Source: a virus (taxonomy: Duplodnaviria > Heunggongvirae > Uroviricota > Caudoviricetes). From it: a stretch of 64,000 bases of DNA. Shown in pieces: positions 16,455 to 25,572 of the stretch. Below the pieces are notes generated by a model, which saw nothing but the letters and a program-made list of their open reading frames with translations, was not told the DNA's origin and searched no databases. Location of the stretch: positions 53,569-117,568 of IMG/VR virus record IMGVR_UViG_3300048925_000677. One strand, 5' to 3'. The position numbers and the translations under genes were made by a program. Position 1 is the first letter of the stretch. The number at the start of each line of letters is the position of its first letter.

Positions 16455-17169
16455 CGCAGTCGAGGCCCTGGACCAATGTCCGCTCGCCGCCGGGCAGTTC
16501 GTAGAACGCTTGGTAGTGCTTGTGATAATGCCCGTGGACGATCAGCTTCGGACGAACCGCATCGACAACGTCACGGACGCGCCGGCGGTGCTCGCTGGAC
16601 TCCTGTAGGCAGATCAGTGGGAAGCCGCTGCCGGTATTGGGCGTGCTGCCCGTACCGATTCCCGGGATATCCACGCCGAACGGGGTGTCGTGAGAGACGA
16701 TAACGTCCACCCTGCCGGGCCGCGAGGCGTATGCAATATCCTCGTCGGTCAGTAGCTCGCCAGGCCACCAGTCGCCACCAGCCTTGCGCGACAGTCGATC
16801 CACGGAGGCGGCGCCGCCCAGTGACATCCACACCTGTCCCCACCACTCCCAACGGAAGCCGCGGGGCAGGTGGATGATGTTCGGGTAGCGAGCATGTGTG
16901 GCCGTCGGTTCGCGGGAACCTTGCAGGCACTCCGTGAGGTCGTCGTGGTTCTCATGGTTTCCGTCCACCCAGTAGAGGGTGATGCCGTACTTCACGAGAG
17001 CGCGATGGACCTCACCATAGAACTGGCCCGCGTCCCAGCCGTGACCGAAGTCGCCGACCTGAACGATTGCGTCGCAGCCATTCTCAGCCGCGTACTGGAT
17101 CGCCCAGCGGGTCCAAGGGCCGTTCCCGTGAGTGTCGCCGAGCATCAGGATTCGAGTCGGTTCGATCAT
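16408..17169 (-). CDS. metallophosphoesterase (calcineurin-like)
   Basis: GDTHGN, GDFGHG, GNHENHD and later HDTPFG motifs. Confidence 0.75.
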   Translation of the reverse strand: MIEPTRILMLGDTHGNGPWTRWAIQYAAENGCDAIVQVGDFGHGWDAGQFYGEVHRALVKYGITLYWVDGNHENHDDLTECLQGSREPTATHARYPNIIHLPRGFRWEWWGQVWMSLGGAASVDRLSRKAGGDWWPGELLTDEDIAYASRPGRVDVIVSHDTPFGVDIPGIGTGSTPNTGSGFPLICLQESSEHRRRVRDVVDAVRPKLIVHGHYHKHYQAFYELPGGERTLVQGLDCDGTPLQLSSLLINKP

Positions 17170-17410
17170 CTCTCACCCCGCCCAAAAAATTCCAGTAGTC
17201 CCAGAGGGCTTCCATACGGTCGAATTGGCGTCGAAGGCTTACCTTCTGCTCGTCGGTCAGTTCGCGTTGCCACGGCCGCAGTTCCCCAGTCATTGGTCGC
17301 CGGTCATGTTGAACACTCCCCCGCGTGGACGCACCAGCGCCAAGCGCAGTTCTCGGTGTCGCAGGTACCGCCGGTCTCCAGGTCGCAGTAGACGTGAATC
17401 GGCTGGCCAC
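17084..17410 (-). CDS. hypothetical protein
   Basis: 108-aa ORF. Confidence 0.35.
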   Translation of the reverse strand: MASRFTSTATWRPAVPATPRTALGAGASTRGSVQHDRRPMTGELRPWQRELTDEQKVSLRRQFDRMEALWDYWNFLGGVRDDRTDSNPDARRHSRERPLDPLGDPVRG

Positions 17411-17476
17411 TCACCGTCATCTGCGGCTCACCCTTGTGGATCGGGTCCTCGCAGACGTGACAGATGCGCGCTAGGC

Positions 17477-17704
17477 TCACCGGCGCCCCTTCTGAAAGAT
17501 CAGGTCGGCCAGGCGTTCCCACGTGAAGTAGGAGGCCTCGTCATCCAAGGGCCACTCGACATGAGCCATGGCGGGAATACCGCGGTGGGCCGGCGTGACC
17601 CTGAGTGGCCCATCGGTGTGTGTGCGGGTGATTCGACCGTGGGCGCCGGGGCGGGCGAAAGGTTCGGCGGGAGTGCTGCGGTGTCTCACTTTTTCGGTAA
17701 TCAT
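17477..17704 (-). CDS. hypothetical protein
   Basis: 75-aa ORF. Confidence 0.35.
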   Translation of the reverse strand: MITEKVRHRSTPAEPFARPGAHGRITRTHTDGPLRVTPAHRGIPAMAHVEWPLDDEASYFTWERLADLIFQKGRR

Positions 17705-18057
17705 GCGTTCACCAGCTCTGCTTCGTCGAGGGCGATGACTTCCGCCGTCTCCCCGTCGATCCAGCCGTCGCGGACGACCTTCTCGACCTTCCAGGGCTGA
17801 TGGTGGGGCTTGAGAGCGACGCGCTTGAAGTGGCGCGACCGGAACTTGCGCCGCTGCACCTTCCGCACGGGGAGTTGAATGTCGTCGAGCAAGTCGAGCA
17901 CCTTGGCGGCGTAGTAGCCGGGGCCGTGCTTGCCGTCTTTCCCGGGGAGTGGGCTCAGCCAGCGAGGCGTGGGCACATCCTTGAGATTGGCGCCCTCGGG
18001 CACCTCAAGCGTCTGAAGGCCCTTCAGCAGTGTCTGTCGATCTTCCGAGAATTTCAT
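17701..18057 (-). CDS. hypothetical protein
   Basis: ORF 17701..18180 trimmed to ATG 18057 (MKFSEDRQTLLKGL..). Confidence 0.4.
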   Translation of the reverse strand: MKFSEDRQTLLKGLQTLEVPEGANLKDVPTPRWLSPLPGKDGKHGPGYYAAKVLDLLDDIQLPVRKVQRRKFRSRHFKRVALKPHHQPWKVEKVVRDGWIDGETAEVIALDEAELVNA

Positions 18058-18080
18058 TGTTGTTCCCCAATGAGTTTCGA

Positions 18081-18542
18081 TTAACGTTCCGCGAATTGAG
18101 TTATAACTTCGAGGAATTCCATTCGCGCGCGCAATAACGTTGTTGCGCGACTCGGCTCCTTGCAAGAGCCTTGCTCCCACTTGCCGTCCGTATAGAGCTG
18201 AAAACGCCAGTCACACGCGGGTTGCGCGATTACCCAGTTGATTCCATCCTGGGTCGATCTGATGCACGGATACTTTTCGTGACAAAGGTGACAGAGCGGC
18301 ACGAGGTTTGACGGCTCGTCAGATCCCCCGAAGGCTCGCTCGCGCAAGTGGGCGCGGTCGAGCCATCCGCCAGCTCCCGACCATGGATTACGGCCGGAAT
18401 CGTCAACTGGCGGAAGCCATCCGCAGGCGAAACAAAATGGCTCACCCCAGCCGATTTGGTAGGATTTCAAGAATTCAGGGTCTTGGCTCGACCAATACTT
18501 GACAATCCGCTCCATGCTGGGCATGTTGCGTTGTTGGCTCAT
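18081..18542 (-). CDS. HNH endonuclease
   Basis: 153 aa; CFACGW..NLVPLCHLCHE HNH signature. Confidence 0.7.
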   Translation of the reverse strand: MSQQRNMPSMERIVKYWSSQDPEFLKSYQIGWGEPFCFACGWLPPVDDSGRNPWSGAGGWLDRAHLRERAFGGSDEPSNLVPLCHLCHEKYPCIRSTQDGINWVIAQPACDWRFQLYTDGKWEQGSCKEPSRATTLLRARMEFLEVITQFAER

Positions 18543-18668
18543 CGGTCTCCCGGTGCCGATTGATATACGCGGCAGTCTGCGGGTCGCAGCCGCGAAGATA
18601 GAAGCGATAGCCGGTCAGCTCGAAAATGTCCGAGAGACTGCCCTTCGCCTTTCCGTGCCAGTCTTCGG

Positions 18669-18917
18669 TCATCCCTCTTCGATAAGACGAGTGATGGCCA
18701 TCGCGTGGATCGGGGCCATGACATCGCTCTTGGCCCACTCCGCGAGGTACAACGTGCCCTGGACATCAAGGACCAGGCCGGCGCCGTCGTTGGAGAAGTT
18801 GATCGGCTCGATGGTGCCGTCGGGCATCATGTACTCGATGACGTGCAACTCCCGTAGGGCGACAGCGCCTTCGGGGACGCAGGTGCACTCTTCGTCGTCG
18901 TCATACTCTTCGGCCAT
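18669..18917 (-). CDS. hypothetical acidic protein
   Basis: 82-aa ORF. Confidence 0.4.
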   Translation of the reverse strand: MAEEYDDDEECTCVPEGAVALRELHVIEYMMPDGTIEPINFSNDGAGLVLDVQGTLYLAEWAKSDVMAPIHAMAITRLIEEG

Positions 18918-19017
18918 TACCTATCATCCTCACGTAGTGCGCCGACAAGATGCCAGCCCTGATTGATCCACTCAGCGAGCGCAACTTCGGCGCCCGGAAG
19001 CCATGGGCTAGGCGGGG

Positions 19018-19797
19018 TCATACCGGTCGGAGTTCGGTCGAGTAGACCGAACGCTTGCCGCGCGACCAGGAACCGCAGCCGTCTTCCATGCAGCGATACC
19101 GCTGGTAGGCAAACGATGTCGTGTAGAAGAACCCACGCTTGTGGATGTTCTCCGAACCGCACTTCGTGCACCGCGGCACGCTCTGGTCGTCGTTCTCGTA
19201 GATGGCGTAGTTGACGCCAGTCCACGGCTTGAACCGCTCGAAGAGCTGCTCAGTCAGGACCACGTCCTTCTTGTTGTAGTCCTTCATGATCTTCTGGGCG
19301 GCCCGGCGCTCGGCTCGGTTGCCGTAGCGAATGTCGTGCCAGAGGTCAGTTCCGCCGTGGTGAAGCTTGCGGTCCCCCAGCCACATACGGCTGAACCAGT
19401 CCAGCTTCAGGCTGAGTTCACCGGCCTTGAAGTTCTTCTTCGCGACCTGCATCAGATCGAGGCTGCGAGCTGGTGACGGCGGGCCAAGCTGCAGCCGGCC
19501 AAAGGCTGACTGCAGGTGTTGGATGTCGAAGCGGGTCGAGTTCCAGCCGACGATGATGTCAGCCTCGTCGATCAACTTCCAGGCGGCCCGGATCATCTTC
19601 TCGAAGGCCTCGGTGTCGTCGTCTTCCCACGCGGCGTGGAAGTGGACCTTATCTTCGCCATACCACTTAGCGGCGAAGGAGAGCACGCGCTTGTCGACGA
19701 CAACACGGTCGATCCCGATGTACTTGGGCCACAGGTCGAATGACTCGACAATGGCCCTTTGGCACTCAATGTCTAGCGTGAGAATGCGAGGACTCAA
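19018..19797 (-). CDS. DEDD-family 3'-5' exonuclease with C-terminal zinc ribbon
   Basis: LTLDIEC (Exo I), GWNSTRFDIQHL (Exo II), C-terminal CTKCGSE..CMEDGCGSW. Confidence 0.65.
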   Translation of the reverse strand: MSPRILTLDIECQRAIVESFDLWPKYIGIDRVVVDKRVLSFAAKWYGEDKVHFHAAWEDDDTEAFEKMIRAAWKLIDEADIIVGWNSTRFDIQHLQSAFGRLQLGPPSPARSLDLMQVAKKNFKAGELSLKLDWFSRMWLGDRKLHHGGTDLWHDIRYGNRAERRAAQKIMKDYNKKDVVLTEQLFERFKPWTGVNYAIYENDDQSVPRCTKCGSENIHKRGFFYTTSFAYQRYRCMEDGCGSWSRGKRSVYSTELRPV

Positions 19798-19807
19798 GCG
19801 AGCCTCC

Positions 19808-20686
19808 TTAAGTTTCTAGCACTTCGGTGAACGGCGCTTGGTAGTCGTCGCGATAGGAGATTGGCCAGCCGTCGTTCTCCCCCGGGAAGGGGTCGCCCTT
19901 CTGGACGAACCAGGCGTATCCGGCGCGCGTGACGCAGATAGTGTCGTCATCGGCGGTGTGGGTAACCCGCACTCCAACCGGGACATCCGCAAGGGATTGC
20001 CAAACTCGCGGTACGGGTTCCGAGTAGGTTTCCTCGACGCGCACACCTCGGGAGAGGGGCGACTCGGCGACGTAGTCGCCAAGGGGAATCCATCCGTCCT
20101 TGAGGACGTTGCGTGTCGAGTTCATCTCCCACTCGGTGATGAATCGATAGTGGAAGCCACCGCCGGTCCAGACGTAGTCGATATTGGCCTCGTCCAGTGA
20201 CTTGATGGTCAATGGCGGCTCACGGTCATCGGTATCGACGACCTTCAGCTCGACGTGCGCCGGGACCGGATTCGGGTACTTCTCCAGGAGTGCCGCGGCC
20301 TTGACGTTCAGGTCGGCCTGCCAGTTGTCGGGCAGGCTCGGCGGGCGGTCGTCCACCCAGTTGCCGCGGAACTGACTGTCGCGCAACACCACGAGGCAAG
20401 CGATGGCCTTTACGAGATGGGACAGACCCGAGTCAGGGTCGATATCCTGACCCTCCCAGAAGGCGTCCACGTGGCGAGTGAAGGCGTCGTAGTAGACACT
20501 GGCGCGCACGCCGGCCTCGCGGTAGTTGTGGCGCCCATACTTCAGCGCGCCTTCCATCATCGCGAGTCCGACCTCGGCCATGACCTCGCGGGGCACGGTG
20601 GAGGCGGGCACCTTGGCGATGCCGATGGCGTCCTTGGGGTTGGTATCCTTGCGCTCGCTCATCGGCGGTCCAATGCTTCGATCCAT
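19808..20686 (-). CDS. dATP/dGTP pyrophosphohydrolase-like N-terminal domain protein
   Basis: 292 aa. N-terminus NPKDAIGIAKVP..EGALKYGRHNYRE resembles the phage dNTP-diphosphohydrolase N-domain family. Confidence 0.4.
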   Translation of the reverse strand: MDRSIGPPMSERKDTNPKDAIGIAKVPASTVPREVMAEVGLAMMEGALKYGRHNYREAGVRASVYYDAFTRHVDAFWEGQDIDPDSGLSHLVKAIACLVVLRDSQFRGNWVDDRPPSLPDNWQADLNVKAAALLEKYPNPVPAHVELKVVDTDDREPPLTIKSLDEANIDYVWTGGGFHYRFITEWEMNSTRNVLKDGWIPLGDYVAESPLSRGVRVEETYSEPVPRVWQSLADVPVGVRVTHTADDDTICVTRAGYAWFVQKGDPFPGENDGWPISYRDDYQAPFTEVLET

Positions 20687-20976
20687 GCGGCAATCACCGC
20701 AGCGGCTTGAATGAGTTCGACGCGCAGGAGTGCGGGGTCCGTCTCGGCGTAGGCCTCGGCGATCTCCTCATCGAGGACGTGGCGCCAGGTCCCATTGCCG
20801 GCGGCAAAAGCGGCCTGGCATCGTGCGCGCGCATCATCGGCGGAGAAAACGCTGAAGATACCGCCGGTGCCGTCGGGGTGGTTCTGCTCGCCCCACTTCT
20901 CGTCCTGGGCCTCACGCTCGGTTTGAATATCGGCGAGGACGCGGACTGTTGCGCGGTGGGCCTCAAAGGTTGTCAC
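20659..20976 (-). CDS. hypothetical protein (MazG-like?)
   Basis: 105 aa, EREAQDEKWGEQNH motif. Confidence 0.35.
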   Translation of the reverse strand: MTTFEAHRATVRVLADIQTEREAQDEKWGEQNHPDGTGGIFSVFSADDARARCQAAFAAGNGTWRHVLDEEIAEAYAETDPALLRVELIQAAAVIAAWIEALDRR

Positions 20977-21347
20977 GCGTCCACCAGCTCACGGTGGCGG
21001 TCGAGGGCGGCCTGGCCGTCGGGTTCGGCCTTGTAGACCGAACCATCCGGAAAGACAAGCGTCATCCCAAGTTTCGCGCCGACGTGCACCTCAAGGTTGG
21101 CGCCCTTGGAGTTCTCCCAGCCGGGGAGGAGCACGATCTTGTTGCACCGCTCAGCGAGCAACACCAGGTCACGACGGAGGTAGGTATCCCACGGCTGGTC
21201 CGGGCCGATCTCGGCGTCGAACTCAGCGGGATTGATCACCTCTTCACCCGCGGCGCGCAACTCGGCAGCCTTGGCGTGAAATGCCGGGTGGTTGAAATCC
21301 TTGATGCCGGACATGGGCCCGGCGACATGAACACAATTCTTTGCCAT
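20973..21347 (-). CDS. nucleoside 2-deoxyribosyltransferase-like (DUF4406-type) protein
   Basis: 124 aa; LLPGWENSKGANLEVHVGAKLG motif. Confidence 0.55.
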   Translation of the reverse strand: MAKNCVHVAGPMSGIKDFNHPAFHAKAAELRAAGEEVINPAEFDAEIGPDQPWDTYLRRDLVLLAERCNKIVLLPGWENSKGANLEVHVGAKLGMTLVFPDGSVYKAEPDGQAALDRHRELVDA

Positions 21348-21420
21348 TGCAGTTCCCCTGTGTTTGGCGAATTAAGTTGTGGCGGTTTCACTTTCGAAGG
21401 TCGGAAACGGCCGAAGGACC

Positions 21421-21675
21421 CTAGCTTTTGAAACGACTCCAGAAGTCGGTCGACATCAAGTCGTGCTTCGCGGGGCTCGGGATCGCGTTCGCCAGGTGCA
21501 ATGTCACCTGGGCGCCGACGGCGATAATGAGCAGGCGGGCGAGCACCGGATGTTTCACAATCCAGCGATCACACTCGGCGGACAGCAGTTCGCCTGGCTC
21601 GCAAGTCAATTCCCAGTGGACGATGTCGACGATGATCATCAGCCACTTCTGTTTGGCCTTCACCCGACCGGCCAC
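21421..21675 (-). CDS. hypothetical protein
   Basis: 84-aa ORF. Confidence 0.35.
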   Translation of the reverse strand: MAGRVKAKQKWLMIIVDIVHWELTCEPGELLSAECDRWIVKHPVLARLLIIAVGAQVTLHLANAIPSPAKHDLMSTDFWSRFKS

Positions 21676-21920
21676 CTCCGCGGGATGTGCGGGTAGACAT
21701 ACACCTCTTCAAGAGGTCTCTTGTCGATCTCGCAGACCCGCTGAGTGGGGGCGCTGGCCGTCAGCATCCGAAAATGGCTCGAACCCAACCAAGAGGGTCG
21801 GCCAATGCCGCAATTGGGGCATGCGTCGATAAGCTGCATGAACTGCCTCCGATTCGGAGTGAACAGAAAGAACAAAGCCGACCCATCGGGGAAGGAATCA
21901 CCCTGTGCGCACAGGGGCAA
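21660..21920 (-). CDS. hypothetical protein with CPNC motif
   Basis: 86-aa ORF; real start possibly internal (MQLIDACPNCG..). Confidence 0.3.
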   Translation of the reverse strand: MPLCAQGDSFPDGSALFFLFTPNRRQFMQLIDACPNCGIGRPSWLGSSHFRMLTASAPTQRVCEIDKRPLEEVYVYPHIPRRWPVG

Positions 21921-22311
21921 TGGGTCGGCCGGGGCGCAACCTCGACCCGCACCGGGGAGGCGCCCAAGCGCTAAAAAAGACGACCCCCCGGTAACTCAAA
22001 CAGCGCTGAGAAAGAGAGGTCGCTGGGTTCTGCTGGGGGATCGTCTTTGTTCGATGCGACTAGTCGTCGAGGATTTCATCCTCGTCTTCGTCGTCATAGG
22101 AATAACGCCCGGATCGAGCGTCTTCCAAGATGTTGTCCACGTTGTTCAATCCGGTTTGCGGATCGACATAGGGATCTCGCGGCATTGCTGTACTCCGGCT
22201 TCTGCCGGTCAACGATGCAGCTCACGAGGCTTTCCGGCCTGCCCAGGTGACGTTTGCTGAGGAACTGTTCTCCTCACCTTCGTCACCAGGGCAAATGGCC
22301 GTGACCTGCGA

Positions 22312-23037
22312 TTATTCAGTTTTTCTGATGTACGCCTTTTTCGCGGCGTCTCGTCGACATTGTTTGCACTGCGATTGCAGGCCGTCGGCATTCCTGCCAT
22401 GCGCAGAGAAGTACTGTAGGCCCTTCGACTTCTTGCAGTTGCTGCACACTTTGCGCGGACCCTCATTGACGCCGAGCAGTGGAATGTCCTCTTCCGAGGA
22501 GCCCCAGTTGTCGACGTCATCGAGGTGCCGCATCAGTGATTGACGCTCATGCAGTCGTTGATTCCTGGCCCGGTCGTTCCCGTCGTCGACCGCGGCGCAG
22601 ATGGTCGGCGAGAGGTAGGCGATATCGCCCGGGTCGACCGCGATGGCGAATGCCGAGTCCTGGGTATCCCAGTCGTTGGCGGGGTCGTACGCGTCGAGAT
22701 CGTCGTCGGAGATTAGGCCGCTCTCGTAGCCCAGCTTCTCCTTGTCGCGGGCGATACTGCGCTTATTCTCGCCCGCCGATTCTCTGAGGAGTTTGTCCGC
22801 TAGTCGCTCAAGCTCCTCGTCGGCGCCATACTTGACGACCCCAAGGTGCGCTGATTCTTCGGTCAGTTACCACTCCTCGCAGGTTGTGCCGTCCGGGTGG
22901 TCAAACCCGGACGCGATGACCTCAAAGCCAGTGAAGCTGTCGTGGACGAAAGCCCTCAATTCCCAGTAGTCGCCGACCTCGCCGCAGGCGGGGCATTCGA
23001 CACCGGGAATGAGGACGTCATCCCATGGGCGCTTCAC
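22312..23037 (-). pseudogene. 242-codon reading frame interrupted by a single in-frame TAA (22867-22869); pseudogene, readthrough or two coupled genes
   Basis: GTG 23037 (GTGA overlap with the Namat stop) through ..TTCEEW then TAA, then the same frame stays open for 185 codons to the stop at 22312. The post-TAA segment has no ATG/GTG/TTG before Met 22533. Confidence 0.4.
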
Positions 23038-24506
23038 GCCGCGGCAAGCACCGCACGGACGTTGGCGAAGTCCTGGAATTGCAGGAACTTCCCGTCCTCC
23101 CAGATGGGCTGCAGCAGCGAGTGGACCTCTTGGTACCCCTCGGCCTGCTGATGCAGCACCAACTCGCCCCCAGGGCCAGGCAGCACCGCGAGGCGCCCGG
23201 TGGCGGACTTCTTGGTGCCGTCGTCGGTGATCGGGTCCTTCAGCAAGTTCACGCCCCTGCCGTCAACCCTTGCCCAGGTGGCCTTCATTGCCGAACCGAA
23301 CGTGTCCCGCGTGTTGTACTGGTAGGTGAAGCTGCCGACGCCGAATACGACGTTGGACGAGGCCCAGTCCTGGCGTTCCAGGTTGTCAGTGATCGACTTG
23401 GCCCGCTCCACGGTGATCGAGTCGCCGTAGATGACTCCGACGTGCGAATCGAGTTCGTCGTAGCCCTTGGAGTTGGTGGTCGACCCGAAGGTCTGCTCCA
23501 GCAAGCTGAGAACGCCGAAGAAGGCGGGGCTGTCGAGTTCCGCGTCCGGATCGCCGCACAGGATCTTCTCCGGATCACCGCTGTCCGGCCGGATCACCAG
23601 CTTGCCGTCGCGCGCCAGGATCTTGTCCTTGAGCGCCGGGAGGTACTCGGTCAGCACCTTCCAGAGGTCGAAGGTGTCCGAGACGACCGACACGATGCCC
23701 GTCGGGTACAAGTCCAACAGGCGCGAGAAGGTCTCCAACTCACCGTGCGTGGCGATGCCGGTGCACATCACTGAGTGCTCGGTGGCGGCCACGCTGCCGG
23801 CGACATACTCGCCGCCGTAGTAACGGTCGATCCAGTCGAGCGCCGGCAGTGAGTCGGTGCCATTGAACGACAGCAGGTGAGCAGCGCCGGACACCGCAGC
23901 GGTCTCGATACTCGACATTCCCCGCATGGAGAAGTCGTGGATCTGCCAGTCGACGACGGCCCGGTCAACCCCAGTGCGATCCGCCGCGGCTTCCATCACC
24001 CGTCGGTACCGGTGGGCAATGGTCGCCGATGTACTGGCCTGCCAGTAGCCGGCGGAAATTCCGGTCTCGACATAGTTGGTCAGCCAGCCGAAGTCATCAT
24101 CGGTGTTCTCCACGGTGAAGCTGGGCACCCGGATTGGGACCAGCGTGCCCTCCTGGACCGCGCAGAAGCGCAACGGCAGGAATCCCTTGCGGTGCAGGGC
24201 TCGGATGTGGTCGGAGCCGATGTCGTTCGGACCGAGGATCTGCGTGGTGCGCTCCTCGTACAGGCTGCACACCAGATCCTCGTCGGCGGCGAAGAACGGC
24301 TCGAAAGCCTCGACGAGGTGGGCCTGAATGTACGCCTGCAACCCGAAGTGCACGACGCGGTCAACGCCCTCGATGCGGGACTTCCGGTTGGTGAAGTTCG
24401 AGTAGACCCGGGTGACCTTGCCGCTCAGTTCGTACTGCCGGCGGTGGTCGAGCTTGTAGGCGTCGGTCTGGAAGAGTGCCGCCACGGGGGCGAACTTAGC
24501 TGTCAT
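23034..24506 (-). CDS. NAMPT-family phosphoribosyltransferase (NadV-like; candidate Namat of NARP1)
   Basis: 490 aa; VVSDTFDLW and RPDSGDP NAMPT signature motifs. Confidence 0.75.
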   Translation of the reverse strand: MTAKFAPVAALFQTDAYKLDHRRQYELSGKVTRVYSNFTNRKSRIEGVDRVVHFGLQAYIQAHLVEAFEPFFAADEDLVCSLYEERTTQILGPNDIGSDHIRALHRKGFLPLRFCAVQEGTLVPIRVPSFTVENTDDDFGWLTNYVETGISAGYWQASTSATIAHRYRRVMEAAADRTGVDRAVVDWQIHDFSMRGMSSIETAAVSGAAHLLSFNGTDSLPALDWIDRYYGGEYVAGSVAATEHSVMCTGIATHGELETFSRLLDLYPTGIVSVVSDTFDLWKVLTEYLPALKDKILARDGKLVIRPDSGDPEKILCGDPDAELDSPAFFGVLSLLEQTFGSTTNSKGYDELDSHVGVIYGDSITVERAKSITDNLERQDWASSNVVFGVGSFTYQYNTRDTFGSAMKATWARVDGRGVNLLKDPITDDGTKKSATGRLAVLPGPGGELVLHQQAEGYQEVHSLLQPIWEDGKFLQFQDFANVRAVLAAA

Positions 24507-24682
24507 TCCATATATCCCTTGGATTTGAGTTCCCGCTTCACGCCGTCGGCGAGTCTGCGCATGAACCAGTCGAAATGTTCTTCACCCACCGATTCGCCTA
24601 GGGCGGCGGTGGGTGATCCCGCATATCGGTTGGTGAGCACCTGGCGATCTGGCGTCTCCACCCGGATCTCGAACTTCCACAT
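24503..24682 (-). CDS. hypothetical small protein between Prs-like and NadV-like genes
   Basis: ORF 24503..24865 trimmed to ATG 24682 (MWKFEIRVETPDRQ..). Confidence 0.4.
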   Translation of the reverse strand: MWKFEIRVETPDRQVLTNRYAGSPTAALGESVGEEHFDWFMRRLADGVKRELKSKGYME

Positions 24683-24699
24683 CGGCGGAGGACGCTCTG

Positions 24700-25572
24700 T
24701 CACCGCGACCTGACCATGGCCTCGTACATCGCCGTGTAGACGGGCACGATGGTGGTGGCGCACCCCACGCGGTTGTGGCCAGGGTGCGAGTCGGTTGTGA
24801 GGATGTGCTCGTAGTAGTTGCTCAGGTTGGTTGCGGCTCCCGAGAAGATCCCGTGCGTCACCCACAGCGCCAGTTGAGATTTCGGCACCCCGGCCGCCTG
24901 GGCGAGCAAGGCGAACGTCCCGCCACCATCGCAGATGTCATCCACCACGAGGTGTCGCTTTGTGGGATCGAGTTTCGGCAGGTCGTAGGACCGCAACGCC
25001 CCCGTCTCGAAGTTGCGCTCCTTGCGGGCGACGATCAGTGGCACATTCAGCTTGTCGGCGACCACGCTAGCCCGGTCAACGGCGCCCTTGTCTGGCGCGA
25101 TCACTGTGTCGAACCTGACCGACCCAACCTCGCCATCGGTGACTGACCTCAAACTCTTGAGCGCTCGCTCGATGAGTGGCCAGACGTCAACGTTGACGAA
25201 GTTCTCCACCCGCTTGGGTATCGCCGGGGAGTGAGGATCGAGAACGTACACCCGTGATGCGCCAAGGGCATTGATGAGCCTGGCGTATGCCTGCCCACCG
25301 CAGGGGATGCCGCGATCCGCGCGGGCCGCCGGAAGGTATGGCAGCATCAGTCGAAATTCGGTACCCGCCTGGGCGGCAGCCTGAGCAAGAAGGGCTGCCG
25401 CGACAAGGTCGGCCGGATCTGCGCCGCGGACATCGGCGAAGAACAATCCCTGCCACGTGGCCTCTGCGTACGTGTTCTTGAGGTCATACTCTCCGCCGGG
25501 GAACTGGAATACCTCAGCAGCCGCGTCGATAGTTCCCGTGTGAGACGAGTAGTACTTGAGGTGAACGGTCAT
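24700..25572 (-). CDS. ribose-phosphate pyrophosphokinase-like protein (Prs-like; candidate Adps of NARP1)
   Basis: ORF 24700..25911 trimmed to ATG 25572 (MTVHLKYY..). PRPP-binding loop VVDDICDGGGT. Confidence 0.65.
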   Translation of the reverse strand: MTVHLKYYSSHTGTIDAAAEVFQFPGGEYDLKNTYAEATWQGLFFADVRGADPADLVAAALLAQAAAQAGTEFRLMLPYLPAARADRGIPCGGQAYARLINALGASRVYVLDPHSPAIPKRVENFVNVDVWPLIERALKSLRSVTDGEVGSVRFDTVIAPDKGAVDRASVVADKLNVPLIVARKERNFETGALRSYDLPKLDPTKRHLVVDDICDGGGTFALLAQAAGVPKSQLALWVTHGIFSGAATNLSNYYEHILTTDSHPGHNRVGCATTIVPVYTAMYEAMVRSR

